Below are positions 16,540 to 25,239 of a stretch of 32,000 nt of DNA, piece after piece. The notes beneath the pieces were generated by a model that was given only the letters and a program-made list of their open reading frames with translations, was not told where the DNA came from and made no database searches. The stretch's first letter is position 1. Each line of letters starts with the position of its first letter. Source of the stretch: Nostoc punctiforme PCC 73102 (GTDB lineage Bacteria > Cyanobacteriota > Cyanobacteriia > Cyanobacteriales > Nostocaceae); NCBI RefSeq assembly GCF_000020025.1, contig NC_010628.1, positions 1,050,001 to 1,082,000 of the forward strand, in the 5' to 3' direction. Position numbers and translations under genes: made by a program.

Positions 16540-18012
16540 TTATGTACTTGGAGAGCCAGTAGGGGTTACAGGTGTTGTTTCTGTTGGGGTTACAGGTGTT
16601 GTTTCTGTTGGGGTTACAGGTGTTGTTTCTGTTGGGGTTACAGGTGTTGTTTCTGTTGGGGTTACAGGTGCTGTTTCTGTTGGGGTTACAGGTGCTGTTT
16701 CTGTTGGGGTTACAGGTGTTGTTTCTGTTGGGGTTACAGGTGTTGTTTCTTTTGGGGTTACAGGTGTTGTTTCTGTTGGGGTTACAGGTGCTGTTTCTGT
16801 TGGGGTTACAGGTGCTGTCTGTGTTGGAGTTAAAGGTGTTGTTTCTGTTGGGGTTACAGGTGTTGTTTCTTTTGGGATTACAGGTGCTGTCTGTGTTGGG
16901 ATTACAGGTGCTGTCTGTGTTGGGGTTACAGGTGTTGTCTGTGTTGGGATTACAGGTGCTGTTTCTGTTGTAGTTGAGGTTTCAGGTTTTGTTGTAGTTG
17001 AGGTTTCGGGTTTTGTTGTAGTTGAGGTTTCAGGTTTTGTTGTAGTTGAGGTTTCAGGTTTTGTTGTAGTTGAGGTTTCAGGTTTTGTTGTAGTTGAGGT
17101 TTCAGGTTTTGTTGTAGTTGAGGTTTCAGGTTTTGTTGTAGTTGAGGTTTCAGGTTTTGTTGTAGTTGAGGTTTCAGGTTTTGTTGTAGTTGAGGTTTCA
17201 GGTTTTGTTGTAGTTGAGGTTACGGGTGTAGGAGTTAGTTGCACAAAAGAGGGGTTTTCAATTACTCCCTCACCTTTTATCGGTGGCTGTGCTTTCAAAG
17301 CCGCAGCAGTTTCGGCTTGAACACTGGTGATTGCAGGATCAGGCGTAGGCACAGGACTTTGCCTGTTCAAATCAAGTTCCCGAACTAGTTGGCTCGTTTC
17401 ATAAAAATTTCTCAGATCAAAATCATATAACCTTTCAAATTTCCCTTTAACTATAATCACCATTTGCCCTGCTTCTAGCACCTTAGTTTCAGAAGCTTCT
17501 TTGTTAGAAACTTCAATGCCGCTATTTGTCAGCGCACCCACAATCGTGGTGTCTGTTTGTTGGTTGTAGCGCACAAATAATGCTGAACCACGAATTGCTG
17601 CTGCTGCATTTGGTGTTTGTATACGTGTTTGCCCCCGTCCTGGTGGGATGAGTAACAACACAGTCCCATTTGAAAGTTTAAAGTCACGAGTCTTCGGCAA
17701 AAATTGAAATAAAGCCTGTTCTCCAACTCGTGCCAGAGAGCCATCATTGAAACGCAAATCTGCTAGGGAAGCTCGACCCGTTGCCACCCCGTCCCCAGGA
17801 GTCATTGCGTCTAATTTACGTGCAGGACGTTTCTTTAGTTTATCTTTGGGTATCAGTTGTACTATGTTGCGGAGATCCTGAATTTCTGCCCGCGTTAGAG
17901 GAGTTATGGCACTTACCCTATTTGGCAAAGGCAGTACTATAACTCCCCATAAACCAATCACCAATAGTGGAAATGATTTATAAAACATAGTTTGATAATG
18001 TGTGAACTTCAA
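16540..18012 (-). CDS. Secreted or membrane-anchored FecR-domain protein with a 216-aa Thr/Pro tandem-repeat tail
   Basis: 490-aa ORF with TTG at 18012; the ATG at 17988 (MFYKSFPLLVIGLWGVIVLPLPNRVSA) gives a signal peptide or anchor. A FecR-like beta region spans about aa 60-200 (ADLRFNDGSLARVGEQALFQF ... GTVLLLIP ... IQTPNAAAAIRGSALFV). Then come 10x TSTTTKPE and 17x T(T/A)PVTP(T/K)(E/Q). The protein ends in the repeats with no terminal domain. Confidence 0.75.
   Translation of the reverse strand: MKFTHYQTMFYKSFPLLVIGLWGVIVLPLPNRVSAITPLTRAEIQDLRNIVQLIPKDKLKKRPARKLDAMTPGDGVATGRASLADLRFNDGSLARVGEQALFQFLPKTRDFKLSNGTVLLLIPPGRGQTRIQTPNAAAAIRGSALFVRYNQQTDTTIVGALTNSGIEVSNKEASETKVLEAGQMVIIVKGKFERLYDFDLRNFYETSQLVRELDLNRQSPVPTPDPAITSVQAETAAALKAQPPIKGEGVIENPSFVQLTPTPVTSTTTKPETSTTTKPETSTTTKPETSTTTKPETSTTTKPETSTTTKPETSTTTKPETSTTTKPETSTTTKPETSTTTKPETSTTTETAPVIPTQTTPVTPTQTAPVIPTQTAPVIPKETTPVTPTETTPLTPTQTAPVTPTETAPVTPTETTPVTPKETTPVTPTETTPVTPTETAPVTPTETAPVTPTETTPVTPTETTPVTPTETTPVTPTETTPVTPTGSPST
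16562..16969. repeat. 17 tandem copies of a 24-bp unit (GGGGTTACAGGTGTTGTTTCTGTT and variants)
   Basis: Read directly. Units are phased every 24 nt from 16562, with variants gtt/gct, tctgtt/tctttt and tttctg/gtctgt. They encode TPVTPTET-type octapeptides on the minus strand. Confidence 0.93.
16970..17222. repeat. 10.5 tandem copies of a second 24-bp unit (GTAGTTGAGGTTTCAGGTTTTGTT)
   Basis: Read directly. Nine of the ten full units are identical. The unit at 16994-17017 has one synonymous change (tttcaggt to tttcgggt). The repeats encode TSTTTKPE on the minus strand. Confidence 0.93.
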
Positions 18013-18529
18013 CTAATACCAAAAAACTTAAAGATTAAAACTGGTGATAATTGTTGTAACGATTTATTTATTAAAATTATCTTTATTTTTAGTCTAAGTC
18101 TAAATTTAATAGACAAAAATGAACCATTTGTTTAGTTTATTTAAGTTTTTATCCTTAAGTCGACATTATATACAATAAAGCCTGCTGCGAATTTCAAAGT
18201 TAGTACTTAATATCAATAATTAAATGAAAAATACCTTACATATTATCGATTCTAATCAGACCAATTACAGGGACAAGAAGTTTTAGGGATGTGTTGTGAA
18301 GTAACTCTAGGACGATATTTCACTAAAGTTGAGCAGAAGGAATTCTACCGGATTATCTCAGATTTGCAAAAAAATCTAAGATGATCCGAAAATTAGCAAT
18401 ATCAGTTTGTAGTTTCAGTATATACTTACAAGGTTAAGATAAATGCACTCAATTGTATCTTCTGAGTCGGAACTTCTGATACAGCTTGTAGGTCTACATT
18501 GGCCAAATGCGATCAACGCAATCTAACAG

Positions 18530-19831
18530 ATGCGACTCAAGAACTGGAAGAATTTGTTTTTTTGTATCTTGTTAGCGTCCAGTGGTGGAAGCTGGTGTTG
18601 CATTAGAGTAGATGCGGCAGAATCTGCAAATACAGAGATTTGGCGTTATAAAAATTTAGCAAGTACACAGGTAACTGATCAGCTATGTCAGAAGTTGCAG
18701 CAGGGAGTAATTAACTCTTTATGCCAGCAGTCGAGTGAGTCGCAAACTTTGGACTCCCAGATACCGTTAAATCTGGTACAGCAAACACCCGAAACTAGAC
18801 AAACAGATCAAGACCCAACCGAAGAATTTAGGAATACTCAAAAGCAAAATGACCCGCCACCGCTAGAATCGCAGCCGAGTATTTTGCCTACATCTCCTTC
18901 AGATTCAAAAGAGGAACTATTAAATACACCTGATATAAATTATTCTCAAAGACTAGAGAGGCTAATAGAGCTTCTACGATCGCCAAAATCATCTCCTGAG
19001 TCTGATAGCGATCGCGAATTGGGGTTACGGATACGGTTACGACCCCTAGAATTGCCTCCTCTTCCACCCATAGAACAACCCGTACCTAAGTTTCAACCCA
19101 TAGGCTATCTACAGGGCCGTGTCGGTTACTTCCAGACCACTAATATTTTTTCCTCAGATGATAATCCCATAGAAGATGGTTTAATTATTTCTGGACTGAC
19201 CCTAACCTCTACATATTTACCTTTGGGACCTAAGACTTTTTTAAACGGCTCCATAGATGGCAATCTCATTCGTTATATAAATCAGTCACAATACCATTAC
19301 AACCAGCTAAGATTCAATCTCAGTGTTTACCAGCAACTATCCCAGCGAATGTATGGAGAACTCAGTTGGAGCAATCAACAGCTATTTTATGCTAATAGCA
19401 GCGATCGCCTGGATAGCTTCAAAGCAGGCGATCGCTTTTTAAATGAGAATTCTCTACAACTATCTTTGGGACGGCGAGATCCATTAACTCCAAAATTAAC
19501 GCTAGACACCTTGTATGAATTAAGTGTAAATTTTGCTGAACCCCAAAGTCGCGATCGGATAATCAATTCCTTTTGGGTGTCTCTGAACTACTACTTGCAA
19601 GAACCTCTCCAGGTTGGTATTGACTACCAAGTAAACTTCTCAGACTTTACACAGCGCGATCGAGAAGACCAATTCCATCGGATATTTGGGCACTTAAATT
19701 ACCGAATATCTGATACCACATATATGAATGTACAGGCTGGAATGAGTTTAGGTAGTTCAACCGCCGAAAACATTGATTTTGATGGCTGGTTCTTCAGTAT
19801 TAATTACTATTTGCAATTAGGTCAGTTTTGA
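18530..19831 (+). CDS. Putative outer-membrane beta-barrel protein
   Basis: 433 aa with an N-terminal signal-like segment (LFFCILLASSGG...VDAAE). A roughly 150-aa Pro/Ser/Gln-rich low-complexity region follows. The C-terminal ~240 aa has alternating aromatic/polar beta-strand-like patterning and ends ...YYLQLGQF. A C-terminal Phe is typical of BAM-dependent barrels. No named family recognised. Confidence 0.6.
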   Translation: MRLKNWKNLFFCILLASSGGSWCCIRVDAAESANTEIWRYKNLASTQVTDQLCQKLQQGVINSLCQQSSESQTLDSQIPLNLVQQTPETRQTDQDPTEEFRNTQKQNDPPPLESQPSILPTSPSDSKEELLNTPDINYSQRLERLIELLRSPKSSPESDSDRELGLRIRLRPLELPPLPPIEQPVPKFQPIGYLQGRVGYFQTTNIFSSDDNPIEDGLIISGLTLTSTYLPLGPKTFLNGSIDGNLIRYINQSQYHYNQLRFNLSVYQQLSQRMYGELSWSNQQLFYANSSDRLDSFKAGDRFLNENSLQLSLGRRDPLTPKLTLDTLYELSVNFAEPQSRDRIINSFWVSLNYYLQEPLQVGIDYQVNFSDFTQRDREDQFHRIFGHLNYRISDTTYMNVQAGMSLGSSTAENIDFDGWFFSINYYLQLGQF

Positions 19832-19837
19832 AATTAG

Positions 19838-19874
19838 TCCTTTGTCCTTTGTCAAAAAACAATGACTAATGACT
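19838..19874. repeat. Short heptamer repeats in the convergent spacer (TCCTTTG x2; AATGACT x2)
   Basis: tcctttg tcctttg at 19838-19851 and aatgact aatgact at 19861-19874. The latter is the same unit as the array upstream of hisC. It overlaps the rhodanese stop codon. Confidence 0.7.
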
Positions 19875-20694
19875 ATAAATAAGAAATCCAATCACTCCAG
19901 CTACCAGCATAAAGTTTACCTTTGTTAATGCCAGCTAATTCTAAAGAAAGTAAATTGACGCAAGCAGTAACACCAGAACCGCAATAAACCAAGATTTCTT
20001 CGGCTGTTTCTAGCTGTTCCCACCGACAGCGTTGTTCCTCTTGAGGGAGTAGGTAGCCGGAAGAGTCTGTAACTTCTTGCCAAGGATAGTTGACTGCACC
20101 AGGAATATGTCCGGCAATTTTATCAATTGGCTCTCGTTCACCTCGATAGCGATCGCTTTCTCTCGAATCTACCAATACTACCTCGTGGTTATCTTTCCGG
20201 GTTTTCACCACATTAATATCCACCACTTTTTCTGGTTGCAATTCAGCTACAAACGTACCGATCTGAGGTTGAGGAACGACATCCGTAACCGGATAACCAG
20301 CTTTTTGCCATCCAGTAAAGCCTCCATCTAGTACCGCAACTTGTTCATGTCCGAGATAGCGTAACAGCCACCATAAACGAGATGCAAAAGCAAAACGCGA
20401 ATCATCATAAGCTACCACCAGAGTTTTTTGGTAATTTACCCCAATTGCTGCAAATTTGTTAGCGATATCATTGGGTTCAGGTAAAGGATGTCTCCCGCCA
20501 TGCTTACCCACTGGACTGGAAAGATCCTGATTTAAATCTAGGTAATATGACCCTTTAATATGGCTTGTTTGGTACTGTTGTTGTCCTAGTTGTGGATCGG
20601 CTAAAGAAAAGCGACAATCAACAATAACAACTTGCGGATCTTCTAGATGTTCAAATAGCCAAGCTGGTGAAATAACAAATTGGTTATTGGGCAT
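19873..20694 (-). CDS. Two-domain rhodanese sulfurtransferase (3-mercaptopyruvate/thiosulfate type)
   Basis: 273 aa with tandem rhodanese modules. The active-site loop is YCGSGVTAC; the CG[ST]GVT form is characteristic of SseA/MST-type enzymes. The typical C-terminus SWSDW is present. Confidence 0.85.
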   Translation of the reverse strand: MPNNQFVISPAWLFEHLEDPQVVIVDCRFSLADPQLGQQQYQTSHIKGSYYLDLNQDLSSPVGKHGGRHPLPEPNDIANKFAAIGVNYQKTLVVAYDDSRFAFASRLWWLLRYLGHEQVAVLDGGFTGWQKAGYPVTDVVPQPQIGTFVAELQPEKVVDINVVKTRKDNHEVVLVDSRESDRYRGEREPIDKIAGHIPGAVNYPWQEVTDSSGYLLPQEEQRCRWEQLETAEEILVYCGSGVTACVNLLSLELAGINKGKLYAGSWSDWISYL

Positions 20695-20720
20695 TGGTCA
20701 TTATTCAGTTTTTTTGTAAA

Positions 20721-21644
20721 ATGTCAGACTTAGAAAATTTTACACCTAAGCTCACAGCAGATGGTTCTTTCACCTTTGTCTCTGAAGAGTTTGGTGAATC
20801 CTTTCATAGCCATTATGGAGCGAAGCAGGAGAGTTTTTTCAAGTTTGTGGAACCTACTCAACTGCCTATAGTTGCTCAAAAACCAGTTTTGCGACTATTG
20901 GATATTTGTTATGGTCTAGGATACAACACAGCTGCTGCTTTGCAGACAATTTGGGCAGTGAATCCCAGCTGTTATGTTGAAGTAATCGGTTTAGAACTGA
21001 ATCCGGCAGTGCCACAAGCTGCGATCGCTCATTACTTGTTCGACAATTGGAACTGTAACTATATTGAAATCTTGTCCCAGCTAGCTTTTGAGCATCAAGT
21101 GCAAACAGATCGCCTGAAAGCAAAGCTACTAATTGGTGATGCTAGAACTACGATCGCACTAGTACATCAGTCGGATTTCACCGCAGATGCAATTTTCCTC
21201 GATCCCTTTTCACCACCACAGTGTCCCCAATTATGGACTGTTGAATTTATTAAACAACTCTCATTGTGTCTACATCAAGATGGTTTATTAGCCACCTATT
21301 CTTGTTCTGCTGCTGTACGCACAGCACTTTTGTCTGCTGGTTTAGCGATCGCTTCTACTCCACCGGTAGGCAGGCGATCGCCTGGTACTGTGGCAGCACA
21401 TTCTGCAAGTGGTGAGTCTCAAAACCACTCAATACTTACTCCCCTCTCGCAAGTTGAAAAAGAACACTTACTAACCCGTGCCGCTATTCCCTATCGCGAT
21501 CCTGGATTGAGCGATTCAACCGAAGTCATAATGATGCGGCGACAACAAGAGCAACAAGCCTCTTTACTCGAGCCTACCTCCCGTTGGCAAAAAAGGTGGC
21601 TATTGGGAATACAAGGCAGGGATTTTATGGCAAGTAATTTGTAG
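20721..21644 (+). CDS. mnmD: tRNA (mnm5s2U34)-methyltransferase, stand-alone MnmC methyltransferase module (MnmD/DUF752)
   Basis: Motifs match the MnmC SAM-methyltransferase half: TADGSFTFVSEEFGESFHSHYGAKQES, LRLLDICYGLGYNTAAAL, ADAIFLDPFSPPQCPQLWT, LATYSCSAAVRTALLSAGL. No FAD-oxidoreductase half follows. The track ORF opens with TTG at 20694, which would overlap the rhodanese start, so I prefer the ATG at 20721. Confidence 0.8.
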   Translation: MSDLENFTPKLTADGSFTFVSEEFGESFHSHYGAKQESFFKFVEPTQLPIVAQKPVLRLLDICYGLGYNTAAALQTIWAVNPSCYVEVIGLELNPAVPQAAIAHYLFDNWNCNYIEILSQLAFEHQVQTDRLKAKLLIGDARTTIALVHQSDFTADAIFLDPFSPPQCPQLWTVEFIKQLSLCLHQDGLLATYSCSAAVRTALLSAGLAIASTPPVGRRSPGTVAAHSASGESQNHSILTPLSQVEKEHLLTRAAIPYRDPGLSDSTEVIMMRRQQEQQASLLEPTSRWQKRWLLGIQGRDFMASNL

Positions 21645-21715
21645 TTGTGATATTTACGACGGTTACGCCTACGCAATTACAAACTATTTCTTCAGCCCTT
21701 AATTTTTAAAACATC

Positions 21716-21930
21716 CTCTAAGCTCGACTTTATCCAAAATTAAGAATTCGGTTTTCTTTATCCAGCAAAAACCCCTGGCTTTTTGGCAAATACTTTTTCC
21801 GCATCACAGATTATCGATTAACTTAAAAAAGTAAAACGACGGTCCCACAGAGGTTTCAACGATAGCGTTCGTGCAACTACTCAGCAGAAGTATCGCATTG
21901 TGAAAGAAATGGATAAAGTCGAGCTTAGAG
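21716..21930. repeat. 215-bp element bounded by perfect 20-bp inverted repeats (MITE-like or structured-RNA candidate)
   Basis: CTCTAAGCTCGACTTTATCC (21716-21735) is the exact reverse complement of GGATAAAGTCGAGCTTAGAG (21911-21930). The element is non-coding and intergenic. Confidence 0.6.
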
Positions 21931-22359
21931 CCAAATAAATTAAATTCATGATAGTATATAATCTTACATTTATTTCGGCATTATTTGAGTATTCCAATAA
22001 CTGAGTAAGTAAAAATATGTATACTTAATCATTACTATAAGACTTTTAACAAAAAACCCTCTAATTTGATATTAAGTAACCAAATACAGTCTTTTTTGGG
22101 CTTTTTTTATTTAAAAAAAACCGTAAAAAGCCTGATTTAACATTTGTGAAAATTTATCATACTGGAATTAGAAGCAAAAAATTTGACAACAAGATATCAG
22201 TTGTTCGTAAGATGAAATATACACGCTGCGAAAAATTAAAATAGGCAGCTTGAAGTAATACATAATCCCTATGAAAAATCTAGCTCAGATACATTCAAAT
22301 ATTAAATTTCTTTTTCAAATCTAACACTGTTAACTTGTGCAAAAACTTGGAGTGCCTTT

Positions 22360-23589
22360 GTGATTCAGTGGAAATCCAACCATACAGGCTTTACAGAACA
22401 AATTGTTAGTGAGTCCAACCCCATTAGCACAGTAAAGAGTATTGGTTCAAATCATGTTGTAGAATCGCAGAATAATGTGGAGGCTTATTCTTTAGGCTTA
22501 TCTCAGGAAGACCTTATGCTTGAAAATAGGCAAGCAGTGTCTTCTTGGATAAAATCTGATATTAATTGTGGTGATGATTCATTGGTCTCTAGAACACTAC
22601 AAGCCAAAGGTTCTAAAGTGAACAGGTTTGATTTAGATCCGCCGAAGGTTTTAGTAGTTGACGATCATGCCGCCAGTCGGATGACTGCTGTTGCCCTCTT
22701 GGGGATGGAAGGATACGAAGTAATTGAGGCAGACAGAGGTTCTACTGTTGTAGGATTGGTAACTCAAAAACAACCAGATTTGATTTTGCTGGATGTGATG
22801 ATGCCAGGAATGGATGGATTTGAAGTTTGCCAATTGCTGAAACAAGATGAGCAGACTAGGCTAATCCCAGTAATTTTTATTACAGCGTTAAATGACAGGC
22901 GATCGCGCATTCGGGGAATTGAAGTTGGGGCAGATGATTTTCTCACCAAACCTTTTGATCGTGTAGAGTTGGCGGCACGTGTGAAGTCCTTGGTACGGCA
23001 GAAGCGTCTGAACGAAGATTTAGACCATGCCGAACAAGTATTATTTTCCATTGCCATGTCGATTGAAAGCCGCGATCCTAATACAGGCAACCATTGTGAA
23101 CGCCTGGTAAAACTAGGACAACTTTTTGGTGAATATCTCAACCTCTCACGCTACCAAATTCGAGATTTGATGTGGGGTGGTTATCTCCACGATATCGGTA
23201 AGGTTGGTATTCCCGATGCTGTGCTGCTGAAAAAAGAACAACTCACAGCCAAAGATTGGGAGGTCATGAAGCAGCACGTTTTGATTGGAGAAAAAATCTG
23301 CCAGCCACTACGCAGTATGCGGGGTGTAATTCCTATTATTCGTCATCACCACGAACGCTGGGATGGCTCAGGCTACCCTGATGCACTCAAGGGGGATGAT
23401 ATTCCCTATCTGGCACAAGTATTTCAATTAATTGATATTTACGATGCTTTAAGCAGTGAACGACCTTACAAAATAGCTTTTACCACAGAAGAAGCACTTT
23501 CAGTGATGCTAGAAGAAGCTAATTCCGGTTGGCGTAATCCCAAACTAATGCAGCAATTTGCAGAGTTTATTCCATACTGTCAGGAATAA
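22360..23589 (+). CDS. Response regulator with HD-GYP phosphodiesterase output domain
   Basis: 409 aa. REC: VLVVDDHAASR ... LLDVMMPGMDG ... LTKPF. HD-GYP: HCERLV, GYLHDIGKVGIPDAVLLK, HHERWDGSGYPD. GTG start at 22360; the roughly 95-aa N-terminal extension has no recognisable domain. The ATG at 22516 is an alternative start. Confidence 0.88.
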   Translation: MIQWKSNHTGFTEQIVSESNPISTVKSIGSNHVVESQNNVEAYSLGLSQEDLMLENRQAVSSWIKSDINCGDDSLVSRTLQAKGSKVNRFDLDPPKVLVVDDHAASRMTAVALLGMEGYEVIEADRGSTVVGLVTQKQPDLILLDVMMPGMDGFEVCQLLKQDEQTRLIPVIFITALNDRRSRIRGIEVGADDFLTKPFDRVELAARVKSLVRQKRLNEDLDHAEQVLFSIAMSIESRDPNTGNHCERLVKLGQLFGEYLNLSRYQIRDLMWGGYLHDIGKVGIPDAVLLKKEQLTAKDWEVMKQHVLIGEKICQPLRSMRGVIPIIRHHHERWDGSGYPDALKGDDIPYLAQVFQLIDIYDALSSERPYKIAFTTEEALSVMLEEANSGWRNPKLMQQFAEFIPYCQE

Positions 23590-23748
23590 GGGTAGGGAGT
23601 AAGAGATTTTGTAGCTGCCGTAATGAGCAAAAATTGGTATAATCCTGACTCATTGTATATTTCAGTCTTCTATGATTAGCTTGGTATGATTTGAGCCTAC
23701 ATCTTAAAGTACCAACAGCATTAATCATAATTTCACTGATAGCTAATT

Positions 23749-25128
23749 ATGGTAGTTGTAGCAATTCTAGCGGCGGGACGCGGCACACGGATGAAATCAC
23801 GCTTACCCAAGGTTTTACATTCTTTGGGTGGGCAATCGCTAGTCGAGAGAGTTATCGAAAGTGTAGAACCACTTTCGCCCTCACGACGAATCGTAATTGT
23901 CGGGTATCAGTCCGAAGAAGTGCAAACCGCCATGCATTCAATTCCCAACTTGGAGTTTGTCGAACAGACTGTACAACTGGGAACCGGTCATGCCATCCAG
24001 CAATTACTTCCACACTTGAAAGATTACACAGGGGATTTGCTGATACTTAACGGCGATTTACCGTTAATACGCAGCGAAACTCTCAAGCAGATGTTACAAA
24101 CTCACGCCCAAAATCAGAATGCTGCCACCATTCTTACCTCACACCTACCAGACCCCACGGGCTACGGGCGAGTTTTTTGTAACAATGAAAATATTGTGCA
24201 GCAAATGGTCGAACACAAAGATTGTACTGCTGCTCAAAGACAAAATCAGCGGATTAACGCTGGGGTTTACTGCTTCCGTTGGCCGGATTTGGCAAAGGTG
24301 CTTCCCCACCTTCAGGCAAACAATGCCCAAAAAGAATACTATCTCACTGATGCCGTCACTCAGGTGGGACAAGTGATGGCGGTGGATGTGGAAGATAATC
24401 AAGAAATTCTCGGCATTAACGATCGCCTGCAACTGGCAACAGCCTACGAGATTTTGCAAAAACGAGTCAAGGAAAAATGGATGCTAGCAGGTGTCACCCT
24501 CATCGACCCCGCAAGCATTACCATTGATGAAACTGTGGAATTACAGCCAGATGTAATTATTGAACCCCAAACTCACCTGCGGGGAAATACGGTGATTCAA
24601 ACAGGAAGTCATATTGGGCCGGGAAGTTTAATTGAAAATAGTCAGTTGGCTGAAAACGTCACGGTGCAGTATTCAGTAGTAATAGATAGCACCATACAGG
24701 CAGGAAGCCGAATTGGCCCTTATGCTCATTTGCGCGGTCACGTACAAGTCGGTGCTGGTTGTCGTGTGGGGAATTTTGTGGAATTAAAAAATACCCAATT
24801 AGGCGATCGCACTAATGCAGCACATTTGTCATATATAGGTGATACCGTCGTCGGCAATCAGGTTAATATTGGTGCTGGTACAATTACTGCCAATTATGAT
24901 GGCGTAAAGAAACACCGTACCAAAATAGGCGATCGCACAAAAACTGGTGCTAATAGCGTTTTAGTGGCTCCACTCACCTTGGGAGATGATGTTTACATTG
25001 CAGCTGGTTCTACCGTCACAGAAGACGTGCCTAATGATTCTCTGGTGATTGCCCGTAGTCGTCAGGTAGTAAAACCAGCTTGGCAAAGGAAAAGTGTTGA
25101 AAATAAAACCACAGATCAACATAAATAA
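23749..25128 (+). CDS. glmU: Bifunctional UDP-N-acetylglucosamine diphosphorylase / glucosamine-1-phosphate N-acetyltransferase
   Basis: 459 aa. N-terminal motif [19 protein letters not shown]. The C-terminal left-handed beta-helix has hexapeptide repeats ([44 protein letters not shown]). Confidence 0.94.
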
Positions 25129-25163
25129 TTCATCACTGTTAATTGCGATTCATCTGTGGTTTT
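25105..25163 (+). terminator. Long-range 12-bp stem spanning the glmU stop codon (terminator-like)
   Basis: AAAACCACAGAT (25105-25116, inside the last glmU codons) is the exact reverse complement of ATCTGTGGTTTT (25152-25163). The loop is 35 nt and contains the stop codon. The 3' arm ends in TTTT. Confidence 0.4.
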
Positions 25164-25239
25164 AGACTATAAACCAGGATTTTTGCAAGATGTCTAATCT
25201 AGCTAGATTAGTAGTGAAGCCAAAATCTCAAAAAATAAC

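Noticed and set aside
16562-17222. Possibility that the regular 24-bp repeats are a CRISPR array.
   Set aside because: The units are directly abutting with no unique spacers, they stay in one reading frame, and they encode Thr/Pro octapeptides inside a CDS. No cas genes are in the window.
16426-17320. Three long plus-strand ORFs (135, 261 and 133 aa) with extremely repetitive products (GYRCCFCW..., VTGVVSVG..., LQVLFLLG...).
   Set aside because: They lie entirely within the 24-bp tandem repeats, which keep all frames open by periodicity. The minus-strand frame continues into a non-repetitive FecR-like domain with a signal peptide and has a good terminator. The plus-strand ORFs are therefore repeat artefacts.
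18289-18384. 31-aa ORF (MCCEVTLGRYFTKVEQKEFYRIISDLQKNLR) in the FecR/OMP spacer.
   Set aside because: It is too short to support without conservation or ribosome-profiling data, and no convincing ribosome-binding site sits at proper spacing.
23691-24050. 119-aa ORF overlapping the glmU start in another frame, plus ORFs at 24119-24376 (+) and 24145-24459 (-).
   Set aside because: The glmU frame carries unambiguous family motifs from its first residues. The overlapping ORFs are alternative-frame noise.
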